Positions 24,823 through 37,673 of a DNA stretch of 64,000 nt are shown in pieces (the stretch's first letter is position 1; the number at the start of each line of letters is the position of its first letter). Below the pieces are notes generated by a model, which saw nothing but the letters and a program-made list of their open reading frames with translations, searched no databases and was not told where the DNA came from. The DNA comes from Zootoca vivipara (lineage: Eukaryota): assembly GCF_963506605.1 (NCBI RefSeq), contig NC_083288.1, positions 29,326,001 to 29,390,000 of the forward strand, in the 5' to 3' direction. Both the position numbers and the translations under genes were made by a program.

Positions 24823-24877
<55 letters not shown>
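24823..24877. repeat. (AAT)n microsatellite (another at ~24519-24560)
   Basis: Direct observation. Confidence 0.95.
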
Positions 24878-25468
24878 TTATATCCCGCCCTCCCTGGCCA
24901 GGTCCAGGCTCAGGGCGGCTAACATCGGAGTATATAATACATTAAAACATAATGTACCAGGTAGGCCATTTCAGGAAGTTAAAAATAGTTGAATGAGTAG
25001 TTCTTATAACAAAATTGAAATTAGCAACGCCTGAAGGTGCAGCTTCAGGGTGTAGAACAATAAAACAAGAAAGTCTCACTGTGTTCTATATAAGAATTAA
25101 TGCATGGGTACTCATCTAAAGTACTGATCGGCCCCTTGTCACTATAGCAGTGTTAGTTTTGATGTTTTATTCTGTTTTTTCGTTTTTTGCTGATTTCATT
25201 TTAAAAAATGTTTTCAATAGGTCTTTTAAATTCTTTTTACTGTTGATTTTATTGTTTTATTCTCTTCATAAACTGCTTTTTACAACCAAGTGGTGCATGA
25301 ATTTGTCCCCATGAAAGAGGCAGGGTGCCACTGGGTCATGTGGGCCTTCTTCAAAAGGCTACTCAAGTCATAAGCCTCAAAGGATTGCATGATCTAATAG
25401 GGCTATAGTAAAGGTATTGCTCTTTGACCTTTAGAAAAGTCCTATTTGCACTTGTAGTGGTGTGGAGG

Positions 25469-25570
25469 GGTAAAAGGTAATGGTAAAGGGACCCCTTTAC
25501 CTCTCCTGTCACGGACTCTGGGGTCGCAGCACTCATCTCGCTTTATTGGTCGAGGGAGCCGGCGTACACA
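25469..25570 (-). mobile_element. Sauria-type SINE 3' fragment
   Basis: GGTAAAGGGACCCCT...GAGGGAGCCGGCGTACA. Confidence 0.75.
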
Positions 25571-26122
25571 GGGGCGTCGCAATGGGGTGTGATGGGTGTG
25601 AGCTGAGAGGGTTAATAGCTCAGCAATCGTCCTGTATCACGGGGCCCTGTGACGTGGCCATGTAAACAGGAAGTACCTGTGTGCTTTTGTATCTGTTACT
25701 TGAGATGCTGTATGTTTTTCTTCTGTCTGTCATGATGCAGCTTTCAGCCAAGACGGAGTTGAACTCTCCAGGCTAAGCTGCCTTAAGCAATAAATCTTCT
25801 TTGTTTTAACGAACCAAGAAGTCGACATGAGTTATTTCACAGGCACAGAAAAGTTGGATAAAGCTTTCACTGCTACGGAATGTGATCTGAACTTGAAAGG
25901 AAAAGTTTATGGATTTTTTAAAGCAGAGGCTTGAAATTGTGACAGAGCGTACCGGGCGAGTGTTATGCAACGTCTGCTACGCAGCTAGGATTGTTCGTAG
26001 GCAGATAGGTTTCTTTACTATCTACTGTCTCAGAAAGCTGCGTTATTGATAATTAGCCAATTAGGCAATTATCTCACAATGGAGGCAGTTCGTGACTCCC
26101 AAGACTAGCCTCCAGCCTGGAG

Positions 26123-26400
26123 CATAGCTGCCAAGTCTCCCATTTTTCGTGGGAAACCCCCATATTTAAACCCATTTCCCGCTGTTATCCCGAATAGAGA
26201 AAAATCCCATAAATCCCCTGGATTTCCTACCTGCCAGGGAGTCTCCTTCTGCGCATGTCTGAACATGCACAGTACTGATTTTGGGTGCCTCTCTGCCCAT
26301 GTCTGGGCACTGGAAATCGGGCAGCGCCGGCACTGGAAGTTGCTTCTACGCATGTCCAGACATGCGTAGAAGTGACTTCCGGTGCCGCGCCACTGCAGAT
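26123..26400. mobile_element. Truncated element of the same CATAGCTGCCAAG family
   Basis: One TIR plus internal GGAAGTCGCTTC-like repeats similar to 55649-56079. Confidence 0.6.
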
Positions 26401-28130
26401 CCCAGATTTTTCTTACTGGGAGTTGGAGGGTATGAGCTGGAGACACACTGGCCCCCTAGAGTTGGCACATCTGTTAGTCGTAATGAAATACCTGGAACTT
26501 CCCTCAAAGTTCCTCAGATGTTTCACCTGAGGAGAGACATCCGAATTCCACAAAAGGTGTCATGTTGGAGGTTACCCAGCAAATGGGCAGCACCCAATAC
26601 TAGCCCAGTAATGCATGCCACATGACAATAGGCTTGTGGACAGGTTGTCTCTACAGTATACCACATTGTGCCATTGTTGATTTATATGGCTCAACAATTG
26701 TCAGGACAGGCTCTACACTCAATAAGCCTTACATGAGAATAACAGAACAAGTGAACAACTCAAATTTATGTTCCACACACATTGAATGTAATATGAGATC
26801 AGCCCGATTTTAAGCAATGGGAGGAACATTATACTTTATGTTAGGAAACTGAATATGAAGTCAGAGAACTCTGAGTTTCAAAGTTCTGCATATATGTGCT
26901 TTGGAATTAACTCAGGAAAGTGTTGCCATAGTTGGATCCTTTGGGATGCATATCTGCTGAATGATGAACAATTTTTCCATATATTCTGAACAGAGTTGTG
27001 CTGGTTCAGTCTCTGTCATTAAGAAAAGAAGAGTGGGGCATGGCACAGGTTGGTGGCTGCTTAATTCTTATAATATTTAATCTGCAACTTTTTGAAAATT
27101 AAAAGGATATTAAGTATTATCCTCCTCCAACTGCTTCAAATATTACAATGACGGTATGAAGTTAGAAAAGAAACTTGGAAACAGCAATATGCTCCTGAAT
27201 GAACAAATTACTTATTGCTGTCAAACTGGAAATATGACTGTGAGGGGTGTGACTCCAGTATGAATCTCTATAGCTTTCTGAATGAGGCAAGACAGATAAA
27301 AATAATGTATCTCCATGAGACCATCCATGTTAATTTGATTTAATTCTTACTTTAACAAACAAATCAAGGAGGATAAGAGGGAGCAAAGGATAAGGATGGG
27401 AAATTTAGGGTTCCAGGAGACTATTTGCAAAGAGAGAGGGTAGCAGAATGGTTCTCTTTTCTCTCCTAATTCTCTTGCTCTTTCTACTAATGTGCCATCC
27501 ACTTTCTGCTGCACATTTTATTTTTCTGTTTTGCTTAAAAGGTATTGCAGCAATACCACTGCTGCCAAAAGAAGGGGGGAAAAAATCTCAAACTGGGGAG
27601 GGGAGCCTGTTCCATAACAATATATATAAATATAGGGTTTTGAGTAATGCTTCATGTAGGGAGTTGCATTTGAACAACTGAACTTTCATTCCTGTCTTAT
27701 CTGTGTACTCTTAAAATCTGCTCCAACGGGTCTTCCTCCTCTCTGGAGCAGATATTGAGGATGCAGGAGAGACTACAGAGGAGAGGAGGAGAAGGTTCTA
27801 TAGCTTTAGTGGAAGTCTCAGTGCTGCCAAAGCATCAGGATCAGATATGGTTCATTATTTATTAAAATATTTCAAACAGTAACAATTTCAAACAGTTAAA
27901 TTAAACATTAAGCTTGAAGGTAATAACTTGTTTCAAGTTGTACTACTTGAAGGTGTACTACTTGTTTCAAACTTATTTAGGAGGTTGCTTATGCTACGCC
28001 CTTTTGAAATTTGTAGGAGATAAACATTTTTTTATTGTCTAAAAGGTTTTTTAAAAAGTTTTTAAATGAAACTTTTCTTTATTGCCTCATTTATTTAGTT
28101 TAGTATGAGAAAGGGCTATGAAAAGTAGAA

Positions 28131-28489
28131 AAAAGGTAAAGGTACCCCTGACCATTAGGTCCAGTCACAGACGACTCTGGGGTTGCACACTCATCTCGCT
28201 CTATAGGCCGAGGGAGCCGGTGTTTGTCCGCAGACAGCTTCCGGGTGATGTGGCCAGCATGAGTAAGCCGCTTCTGGCAAACCAGGGCGGCACGGAAATG
28301 CCGTTTACCTTCCCACCAGAGCAGTACCTATTTATCTACTTGCACTTGATGTGCTTTCGAACTGCTAGGTTGGCAGGAGCAGGGACCGAACAACGGGAGC
28401 TCAACCCGTCGCGTGGATTCAAACTGCTGACCTTCTGATCGGCAAGCCCTAGGCTCTGTGGTTTAGACCACAGCACCACCCGCGTCCCC
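28131..28489 (-). mobile_element. Sauria-type SINE in the putative OR6 5'-UTR intron
   Basis: Full length; flanked by ATGAAAA repeats. Confidence 0.9.
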
Positions 28490-28761
28490 ATGAAAAATAG
28501 TACATCAGTCCTAATATCTTGTAATTTTTTTTCAGTTTCTCGTGGTCCATTTCTTCCCTTGATTTAAACAAAAACAGCTGATGTTTCTCATTCATAACTC
28601 CATGCATTATCTCACAGAAACAGGCATGTGGGATGTTTTGTCCTTCTCTGGCTTATGGTTTCTATACCTTTCTTACATCGTCCAGAATTATCAGAGCAGA
28701 AGAAGAATTGGTCTGACCAATACCTGTATCTCCATTATCCCATTATCAGCTGCACATTACA

Positions 28762-29754
28762 ATGAGGAACCAGACAAGGAATGTGACTGAATTCATCCTA
28801 TTAGGATTCATTGGAACTAAAAGGGTTGAACTTGTACTCTTCACTTTATTCTTCATCAGCTATGCTTTTGCTTTGGTAGGCAACTTTATCATTATTGCTC
28901 TGGTGTGGTGTGAGAGGACTCTTCACAGTCCAATGTACATGTTTATTGCTAACCTGTCATTTTTAGAGACTCTGTACACCACCGCGGTTATCCCCAAAAT
29001 GCTATTCAACTTCATGAGTCAGAGAAAATCTATTGCCTTCCATAGTTGCATCTTGCAGGTCTACATCTATTTCTCAGCAGGTTCCAGTGAGTTCTTCCTT
29101 CTGGCTGTCATGTCATTTGACCGCTATCTTGCCATTTGCAACCCACTGAGATATACAGCCATCATGACCTTGAGACTTTGCCTCCTGCTTATTGCTGCCT
29201 CCTGGATGTGGGGCTTCTTTGCAGTCCTACCACCTACAATCCTGGTAAGCCAGCTGCCATTTTGTGGACCCAATTCTATCAACCATTTCTTTTGTGATGT
29301 TGACCCAATTCTCAAGCTGGCCTGCTCTGATGTAAGGAAAATTGAAATGATTAATTTTATCAATTCAGCTTTGCTCCTCCTAGGCTCATTGCTGTTGACA
29401 AGTGTGTCCTATATATGCATTATTGCAACAGTGCTTAGGATCCCCTCAGCCAAAGGACGACAGAAAGCGTTCTCTACATGTGCCTCTCACCTAATTGTGG
29501 TGACACTGTTCTATGGGAGTTCTATTTTCATTTATGTTCAACCAGAAAAAAACCACTCATTGGACCTCAACAAGGTAGCCAGCATACTGAACACAGTGAT
29601 AACTCCATTGCTGAATCCTTTCATTTATAGTCTGAGAAACAAGAAAGTGAAAGAGGCCCTGCAACATTTAACCAGAAGAAAGATTTTCCCTTTTATTAAC
29701 TTCAGAGTCCTGGAAACAGGGAAAAGTTTCCCCACACTGTGTAGTATTAAATAA
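28762..29754 (+). CDS. Olfactory receptor, family 6-like; older inverted paralogue of 18996-19997
   Basis: Intact 330-aa ORF with the same OR motifs and many substitutions versus 18996-19997. Confidence 0.95.
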   Translation: MRNQTRNVTEFILLGFIGTKRVELVLFTLFFISYAFALVGNFIIIALVWCERTLHSPMYMFIANLSFLETLYTTAVIPKMLFNFMSQRKSIAFHSCILQVYIYFSAGSSEFFLLAVMSFDRYLAICNPLRYTAIMTLRLCLLLIAASWMWGFFAVLPPTILVSQLPFCGPNSINHFFCDVDPILKLACSDVRKIEMINFINSALLLLGSLLLTSVSYICIIATVLRIPSAKGRQKAFSTCASHLIVVTLFYGSSIFIYVQPEKNHSLDLNKVASILNTVITPLLNPFIYSLRNKKVKEALQHLTRRKIFPFINFRVLETGKSFPTLCSIK

Positions 29755-30003
29755 CAATCAAAGTAAATTGGGACTATTGGTAAAAAAATAAATCTTTATT
29801 ACAGCTTTAAGACTCTTAGTAGTGGGTGGGGTTGAGTTTGTAGTTTTTACTGCGAAGACCAGAGTTAATATTCACACCCAGGGTCACACATTCTCACAAT
29901 TTTGTGGTTTCCTGAGCTCCTTTGGAAAGCAGCAGAAAACCAATATCATTGTTATTAATAGAATATATCTCGACAAACCTGAAAACAAACTGAAAATTAT
30001 TCT

Positions 30004-30200
30004 TTCAGTAGCACCTTAAAGACCAACTAAGTTTTTATTTTGGTATGAGCTTTCGTGTACATGCACACTTCTTCATCTGAAGAAGTGTGCATGCACACGA
30101 AAGCTCATACCAAAATAAGAACTTAGTTGGTGTTAAAGGTGCTACTGAAGGAATTTTTTTTATTTTGCTTCGACTCAGACCAACACGGCTACCTACCAGT
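30004..30200. mobile_element. Penelope-like element remnant: 72-bp inverted repeat with a hammerhead ribozyme core
   Basis: Arms 30004-30075 / 30078-30149; CTGAAGA-A-GTGTGCATGCACAC-GAAAGCTC; 16-bp direct repeat AACTGAAAATTATTCT at 29988-30003 and 30201-30216. Confidence 0.82.
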
Positions 30201-32811
30201 AACTGAAAATTATTCTGTGAGTGTCAGATGTGGAAAAAAAATCCTCAAAGACACTGTTTCACTTGCCTAATTACAATGTAGTTGCATTTCTGCGTTTTGC
30301 TTAGTGTATTGACTGGTACTTTATATTTGAATTTATAGTTCTCCAGCAGCAATATATTCCACAAATATTTTCTGGTTGTTGTTTTTTTTTTTTGTCATGC
30401 TGAAGCCAGTTGTGAAATACTTGAAGTTATTTATGATGATTTCTAAATGCAAATTTTGAAGAATAAAGCAACAATTTCCTTTTGTATAGTCAACTAGTAC
30501 TCTGTTGTAGAGAGACAGCCATTTGTCTCTATTAAATGTAATCTGCAGCAATATATTTTGGTGTGGAATGTTCCTGTTTAAGGTGCCAGCCAGCCAGCCA
30601 GCCAGCCAGATCCCATTCCAGGGTACTCCATTACATCCCTTCTAGTTTTGTGGTTTCCAACCTCAACTCCCACCCCAAAATTGACCCAGCAATTGAGCAG
30701 TCAATCTGGTGTGGATGTGCCATGCTCCACAATAAGCCTTATTTTAGGAAAGTCATTGCCAAGACCTCACCCAGAACCTGAAAGATTGCCCTTTCCCCTC
30801 CACAGCTGTTGATCCGGGGGTGGGTGAGTGAGGAAAGCCAATTTCAGAGTGTCATCTGGATCCTGCAAGATTACAGCTGTTATGCAGAGTGAGCAAACCT
30901 TGGTGGTGTGTGTGTGGGCTTCACATGTGCCTATGGCGGGGATGTAAGGACTAGAGCGAAAGCCCCAGGATTCCTTTAACAAAATACTTCTATGTGGAGC
31001 AACATTAAGAAGGGGGGTAGGCATCTGGATACCAAACCTTCCTTCAACCAAATTCCATAACCAAAAGCCTAACCGCCAACCTAACAAGTTGTGACGATTT
31101 GCTAAGCAGTAGGCAAAAACCAAGTGGCAAAGCCAATCAGCTAAATGGCAAAAATCCTACTGGGCCCCTTCAACAGGCGACCCCATGACAGGCAAAGCAA
31201 GGTCAGGCTAAAACCTGTAAGAAAAAGCAGCGGGTGGGAGGGAGATTCAAACGCCAAGGCAAGAGTGGCCCAAAGGCGAAAGAAACTTAGCTTAAGAAGT
31301 GTCCCTTCTGCCAATCAAATTAAGCCCATCTAAATAACCACGCCCCCCCCATTACTCAGCTCCTGACAAGGCCTAGGCCCCAGCCCAAACCACAAAGGAT
31401 TTCTTCCCAGCCCTTCCACGACGCGCTCTATATTTTATAATATAAAGTACTATATCTTCCTACTGTTCCTGGTTGGTACTATTTGGGATATGTAAGTTTT
31501 CACACAACTAGAGAATGTCACGTACAGTAGTACTTTGGGTTACAGACGCTTCAGGATGAGAACAGAAATTGTGCTCCAACGCCACGGCGGCAGCAGGAGG
31601 CCCCATTAGCTAAAGTGGTACCTCAGGTTAAGAACAATTTCAGGTTAAGAACAGACTTCCAGAATGAATTAAGTTCTTAACCCGAGGTACCACTGTATCA
31701 TTATGATATGGCTGTTTCATCGCCCCTTTTCTTGAAGTTGAACTGGGGTCATATAGAGAGGGCATGCTGACATCCTGATGCATGGGGTGGTGATGTTCTA
31801 GTATTTTGTGCAGTATGCACATGTGTTAATAGAAATAAATATACAGCCAAGTAAATGAGACGAATTAATTTCTGAAATTTTGACTTCACAACCTGAATCT
31901 GCATTAACTATTACTTTCAAGTTTCTGATCCTTTTGATCCTCATGTATTCCCTCCTGATGAGCTTTAAAGACTACCCAAGAGCCTCCAGTTCTACTGAGA
32001 ATAAGTTCGGTCGTCTCTTTCCCAATATCTTGTGCACTCTTGGGACCACAGATACAATGTATGATGTCATCTCTAGACTGCAATGCATTTATTAAAAGGC
32101 TCTGTTGAGGGAGAAGTGAGCTTCTGAGGATTTCAGCAGGGCAAATTGATCACGTGACATTTCATTAGGGTTAACCTGAATGTTCCCTCAACCTGTTCAG
32201 TACCTATTCATATTTTGCAACCTCATGTCATCCAACTGAAAGGTAAAAATTAAGCAGTTCATAATTCTTGCCTTCCTTGTTCCTGTCTGCACTTAACCAA
32301 TCAGTGCCTTTCGCTCTCACAGTCAAAATAGTTCATGTATTTTTCTTGACATTTCTTGACATTTCTATTAAAATAGAGGGGGGTGGGGCACTGAAAATTT
32401 AGTATAGGATGAATGTTGCCATTTGATTCACATAGTTCCTAAACTCCTACTCCAAATATGTGATCAGAATTGATAGCAATTATCTGTGTCTGGGGAAGGA
32501 GAAGTAGGACCTTCTAATCTAATGTGTCCATCCCCAATCCATACTACCACAGCATGATAAACTGCTCTTCACTGAGCACTATGTATGTGCCATGAGATTC
32601 AAATAATTTAAATTCTATTCTAGTTCTAATGATTTGAGAGAAGAGCATATTGGATAAGCTTGGTATGGGGAGAGAGGGGCAGCTCTATGCTGTTCTCTGG
32701 TGTTAAGATATGATGAAACTTTTCTCTCCCCCACCCCTTAAAACTTTAAATCCATTCAGTTAATGTTAATGGGGAGGAAATAGGGAAGGGTGTGTGTGGC
32801 GAATTTGAAAC

Positions 32812-33600
32812 TGTTATGTTATGTTTTTGTTTCGCAACCGACCTATTGAAGGGTTAACCCAGACTCCTGGTTAACTGACAGCAACATTCCATGGGAGGCG
32901 TGGCCTGCATGGGGTAAAACGGAAAGGGGAACAGTTATGTGAGTTGGCGGTTGGGGTTTTTTTTGTGTGGGAGCTTGGGTGGTTGTGGAGAAGGTAGAAC
33001 TTAGAGTAGATGAAGTAATAATAATAATAGTTTAGTTGATAGGTATTCTGTTATTTGTTTACTAAGAAACGTTACCTGTGAAATTAAGTTCGTACCAATG
33101 TTACCAGAAAGCAACCATTAAGATTCAAGCCAATAAATATCCATCTTTAAAGTGTCACATTAGTAATCGTCTATTTCATTTTCCAGCTAAGGTACCCAGG
33201 AACCCAGGTGGTGGGGAACTCTTTTAAACTGTCAAAACTGCCCTTTAGAGGAGAAAGGTTAGTTTGTGGCTGAGAGTGCACCAAGAAAGGGGGGGGCTAA
33301 AGGAGGAGACAGGTTCTGAGCGATAATAAAGTTACCTCAGGAAGGAGGCTAGCTTTACAGTAAGGGAGTTTCTAGTGAAGGGAAACCCTTATCTGAGTGC
33401 ACATAGGAACAGTCTTATTTATAGCCCCAAGTCTATATAGGTACCTGGTCACGTTTAGGCTGGAAGAGGACTCTCTTTTATTTTTTAAAACCCACAAGTG
33501 CTAGAGGGTTTAAAGAAAGGCTAGAGGGATAAGTGGGAGGTTTGATTTACCTCAGAAATCCCTGTTAGTGCTTTTAATAATTGAGAGGTCAGAGTTATAA
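32812..33600 (+). mobile_element. LTR-like element upstream of the OR (mirror copy at ~14950-15737)
   Basis: TGTTATG start, internal AATAAA and a compositional shift; no clear TSD. Confidence 0.35.
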
Positions 33601-33787
33601 GACGGAAAGTAAAGGACTTTCGTCGCAGGGGGCATCACCCATGCCAAAATTATGACATTTTCTTTTCCCCAGATCAAAAGTAGCCTTTTTAGGGGGGGGC
33701 ATATGAGTAAGAAAAAGAGAATTCTGCCTTACTAACTTTGGTTATGCTGCCTGTGTTTTTTGTAGGACGAAATGTATTAAGGACAAA

Positions 33788-34780
33788 ATGTCCAATGAAA
33801 GCACCATTACGGAATTCCTCCTCTTGGGATTCTCTGAAATTCGAGAGATACAGCTTCTATATTTTGTGATCTTTCTACTGATCTATATGACAGCATTGCT
33901 GGGGAACATCCTCATCCTTGTGGCTGTGGTCACAGATCCCCATCTTCACAATCCCATGTACTTCTTCCTGGCAAATTTGTCTGTTATGGACCTTGGATAC
34001 ATCTCAGTCACAATACTAAAAGCCATGGCTAACTGTCTCATGAACACCAGGTTGATATCTTATTCTGAGTGTGTCGCTCAAGTCTTCTTTCTCTTTTTCT
34101 TCATGGCATCAGACTTTTTCCTCCTCACAGTCATGGCATATGACCGGTATGTTGCCATTTGTGACCCATTGCATTACGAGACAGTAGTGAATAAGGAAGC
34201 CTGCATCCAAATGGTGACTAGTACATGGATCAGTGGTCTCCTTTACGCAACATTACACACTGGGGCCACCTTTGCTGTTCCTTTCTGTTCCAACATCATC
34301 AATCAGTTCTTCTGTGAGATACCTCAACTGCTCAAGCTCTCCTGTTCTGACTTGTACCTTATTGAAGCTGTGGCTCTGGGCTTCAGTGCGTGTCTAGGAC
34401 TCAGCTGCTTCAGTTTCATAGTTGTGTCTTATGTGGAGATCTTCAAAACAGTCTTCAGAATTCCTTGTGCACAGAGTAGAGACAAAGCCTTCTCTACTTG
34501 CATTCCTCATCTCAGCGTTGTCCCCTTATTTCTTTTCACTGGCATCTTTGCCAACCTAAAACCAACTTCCAACTCCCTGGCGGGTCTGGACAGTTCAGTT
34601 GCCATGGCTTACTGTGTTCTTCCCCCACTGATGAATCCAATAATTTATAGCATGAGAAACAAGGAGATCAAAGCAGTGTTGTGGAAAATCTATGGCAGAT
34701 CCTGGAAAAAGCATACCAAAAGAAAATGTGGCTGTGTAGGTCTGTGGGATAACATGCAAACAGAAACGTCTACTCCCTGA
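33788..34780 (+). CDS. Olfactory receptor, family 14-like; young inverted copy of 13770-14762
   Basis: 330 aa; 5 amino-acid differences from 13770-14762 seen in the translations. Confidence 0.93.
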   Translation: MSNESTITEFLLLGFSEIREIQLLYFVIFLLIYMTALLGNILILVAVVTDPHLHNPMYFFLANLSVMDLGYISVTILKAMANCLMNTRLISYSECVAQVFFLFFFMASDFFLLTVMAYDRYVAICDPLHYETVVNKEACIQMVTSTWISGLLYATLHTGATFAVPFCSNIINQFFCEIPQLLKLSCSDLYLIEAVALGFSACLGLSCFSFIVVSYVEIFKTVFRIPCAQSRDKAFSTCIPHLSVVPLFLFTGIFANLKPTSNSLAGLDSSVAMAYCVLPPLMNPIIYSMRNKEIKAVLWKIYGRSWKKHTKRKCGCVGLWDNMQTETSTP

Positions 34781-37119
34781 GTCAGATATGGATGTCTTTG
34801 TCTGGCACATAATATACAATATGTTTTGAAGCAGGGGCGCCAACTATAGGGACCAGAGGGGGCTTTGCCCCCCTCAATATTGGTAGGCAGGGGGCTGAGC
34901 CCCGCAATATTGAGGGGGTGACCATCCTCCACCATGGGTGCCCTCTGTGTGCTCCCATCATCACCTGGGAGACAGGTGGGTGCTGGGATGAACAAAGGGC
35001 AGAGATCACCCTACATACATCCTGCCTCCACCTAGCACCATCATGTGATGAATCATGTGAGCGGGCTCCCTCCATGTGTGTGTGGGGGGGGGGGAAGTCG
35101 GCGCCCCTGATTTGAAGCCTACCTACCCCTGTTCTGTGTCCCATTGCTACTTTTATATATATATAAAGTGTTCAGACATAAGATTGTGTACTGGTGACTA
35201 AACTAGACTAGATAATGGTGTTACTGGTAGGTTCTTTTGGCTTCATCTCTGCTTGACTTTAGATGTAAGGCTAAGATACTGTAATGCCATTTCAGCATGC
35301 ATATGAAATTGATACCGCAGGGATGCTCTGGGCTCTTTTTTATGTTTTTTTCCTGGCTATTGCTGCTGAGGCTGTGTGTGGTGTATGAAAAGAGATAAAG
35401 AGATACAATTTCTATTGACTTCTTCCTAGTACAGTTTTTTTAAACCTTTATTTCATTATATTTACTATAAATTCAGTTGTCTTGAAGGTTATGACTGTGG
35501 ATAGAAAGTCAGAATTATCCTTATTTCATAAAAAAACCTATAGTGCAAATAAAAGCCTTTGGCAACTAATTTTTGATAACTATTCTGATTCATTCATCAG
35601 AGTCATTGTTACTTGAATTCATTGACCATTACTATGTTGGGTTAGTAACAGCACGTTTTGCTTTAAAAATATGAATGGGTTGCACTTCCCATTCCAGCAA
35701 CGAAAGTCAAAGTATAGTTTTCCATGCCAGATTCAAACAGAATCCATTAATGCTTCAAACAGAAAAGAAACTCCTTAGCTGTTGGTGAATGAAATAAAAG
35801 CTGATGTGAAATGCTCTTCCAAAACCTCCTATGCTGTTTGTGGGTGCTTATTGGTATCATAAATAACCTGTGATGGGAGGGTGAGAAGGGGCTGAAATTA
35901 TCCAACACACTTCTCAGAAAACTATCATATGTGAAATTTCTGCTCACTTAATGTCGAATAAAATTGCTGTATTGGTAGTTCACATCAAAAGATCATGGAA
36001 ACAATTGGCAAAGTAGTGAGGACTGGAAAAAGTAGCGGCAAGCCCATTGATAACTTCAACAACGTGACTCAATATTTAACACCAATCCACGGTTGTGTCC
36101 AACACTGGCATTTGCAATAAGGTTTCCAAAGGCAAGAAGTGCTCACAAAACGCATTTATGTATAAAATGGACATTTAATAGGGAAATTAATTGTAAATAA
36201 TAGAAAATGTAAAGAATTGAAAAGAATTGAAAAATGTGTATTTTACAGAAGTGTGTTCAGAAACTGTAAAAAGTGGGTGCAGTTTAAATGCAGAGATTGC
36301 TCATTGTTTCAAAATGAACAGGGCTTGTGTTTCCTTTGGAATGAGGTACAGCAGAGGCTATTCCAGGTATGGAAATCATTGCTTAGATTTTAACACTTGC
36401 CAGATCCAGGGATTAGAAATGGATCTAGGAATAAAGATGAAACCCATAGCAGTATTGTTTCTCAAACCAGCTACACTTCAACTAGAGTCCTTCAGCCTTT
36501 CCTAATTCATCTCCAGCCAAGGTGTGAACACCTAACACACCCATATCCTATTTCATAGCATAAAATTTTGCTTCCCAAGTTTCTTTTACCAAATCTATTG
36601 CTCCAGTTTATAATCATGGACCTGTTTCAGATGGTGTGCTCCCAATATTTACTTATTGTCGTTATATTCCACCTTTACTCCACAGAGCTGAAAGGCATCC
36701 TTCCCAAGTCTAACCTCCAGATAGCTCTGTAAGATAGTTTAGCCTGAGAAAATTGGTGAAAAGTCACCCAGTTATCTTAATGGCTGAGCAGAGATTTGAA
36801 CCTGGGTTCCCTAGTCCTAGTCCAGCACTCTAAGCGCTACACTGTAGTGGCTCAGAATAGTCAGAATAATTTATTCAGTTAATCAGATTCAATACTTAAT
36901 TTGAGTTGCAGCTTGACATCTTGGACAATAAAAAAGATATAACAACTATGTAGGTTTTGAAATCAGTTTCCCATTCATCAACACTTCACTCTTGAGCATC
37001 CCTTACATACGACTGAAGTTAAGGGTCAGGGGTTTAAAGATAGAGGGAAAATAATGGTAGGAAATATAGACAATTGCATCACTTGTTTTGTAAATCAGGA
37101 TTTGCAAATCCTCATGGTC

Positions 37120-37267
37120 ATGTTCTCCAAGGAGGGACTCTCTGAAACACTACAGAAAGCACTGAGGTGCAATTGATCCTTCTTTGTCACAAACTATAAA
37201 TCATCTACTAAAGACCGCACTTCAACATTTTGACACTTTCGTCTTCCAGACAAAGACAGAGGTGAGT
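37120..37267 (+). promoter_or_regulatory. Putative OR promoter and non-coding exon 1 for 38141-39073
   Basis: EBF(O/E)-like TTCTCCAAGGAG at 37123-37134, TATAAA at 37195-37200, AG|GTGAGT donor at 37262, matching acceptor TTTTAG at 38051; copies at ~11296-11445 (-), ~45670-45820 and ~47145-47338. Confidence 0.55.
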
Positions 37268-37603
37268 AGAATCCTATTAGCTCATCCTCAGTGCAGACTA
37301 GGGCATATATTTCAGTCCTTAAAAGACTGAAAAAAGGTTTAATACAGCGGTGGGATTAATGAAGACATGGTTATTCTATGAAAAAATAGGTAGCATTCAT
37401 AGGTAAGAGATAGTAAAGTTGTGTTTCAAAATTCTGGGAATCTCATAAAAAATCTGAGCTCTCACCAAAGCCAAATGATTTTTCATTGATGCTAGATGGT
37501 GTGTATTTTGCTTTTCATAAATAAAGTAGAAGCATTATGGTTCACAAAAAGAAAACATCATAGATAAGGTTCTTTATGCAACCACACCAATGAGAATTTG
37601 CTT

Positions 37604-37673
37604 GTTGTTGTTGTTTGTTTAGTCGTTTAGTCGTGTACGACTCTTCGTGACCCCATGGACCATATCACGCCAG
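37604..37673 (-). mobile_element. Very short BovB 3'-end insertion
   Basis: (CAA)n tail plus ~50 nt matching 58010-58062; absent at the paralogous site ~46150. Confidence 0.85.

Larger units (their letters stand above)
18990..29760. repeat. Older inner inverted duplication (~18990-21785 vs ~26478-29760) flanking the OR4-like gene
   Basis: OR6 pair plus homologous non-coding blocks, e.g. 21720-21782 vs 26480-26540 and ~20640-20730 vs ~27440-27530. Confidence 0.8.

Noticed and set aside
24807-24992. Poly-Ile ORF
   Set aside because: It is the translation of an (AAT)n microsatellite.
30929-37060. Inverted arm as a pure assembly artefact
   Set aside because: Scattered substitutions, indels and arm-specific TE insertions with TSDs indicate real divergence; read-level confirmation is still advisable.
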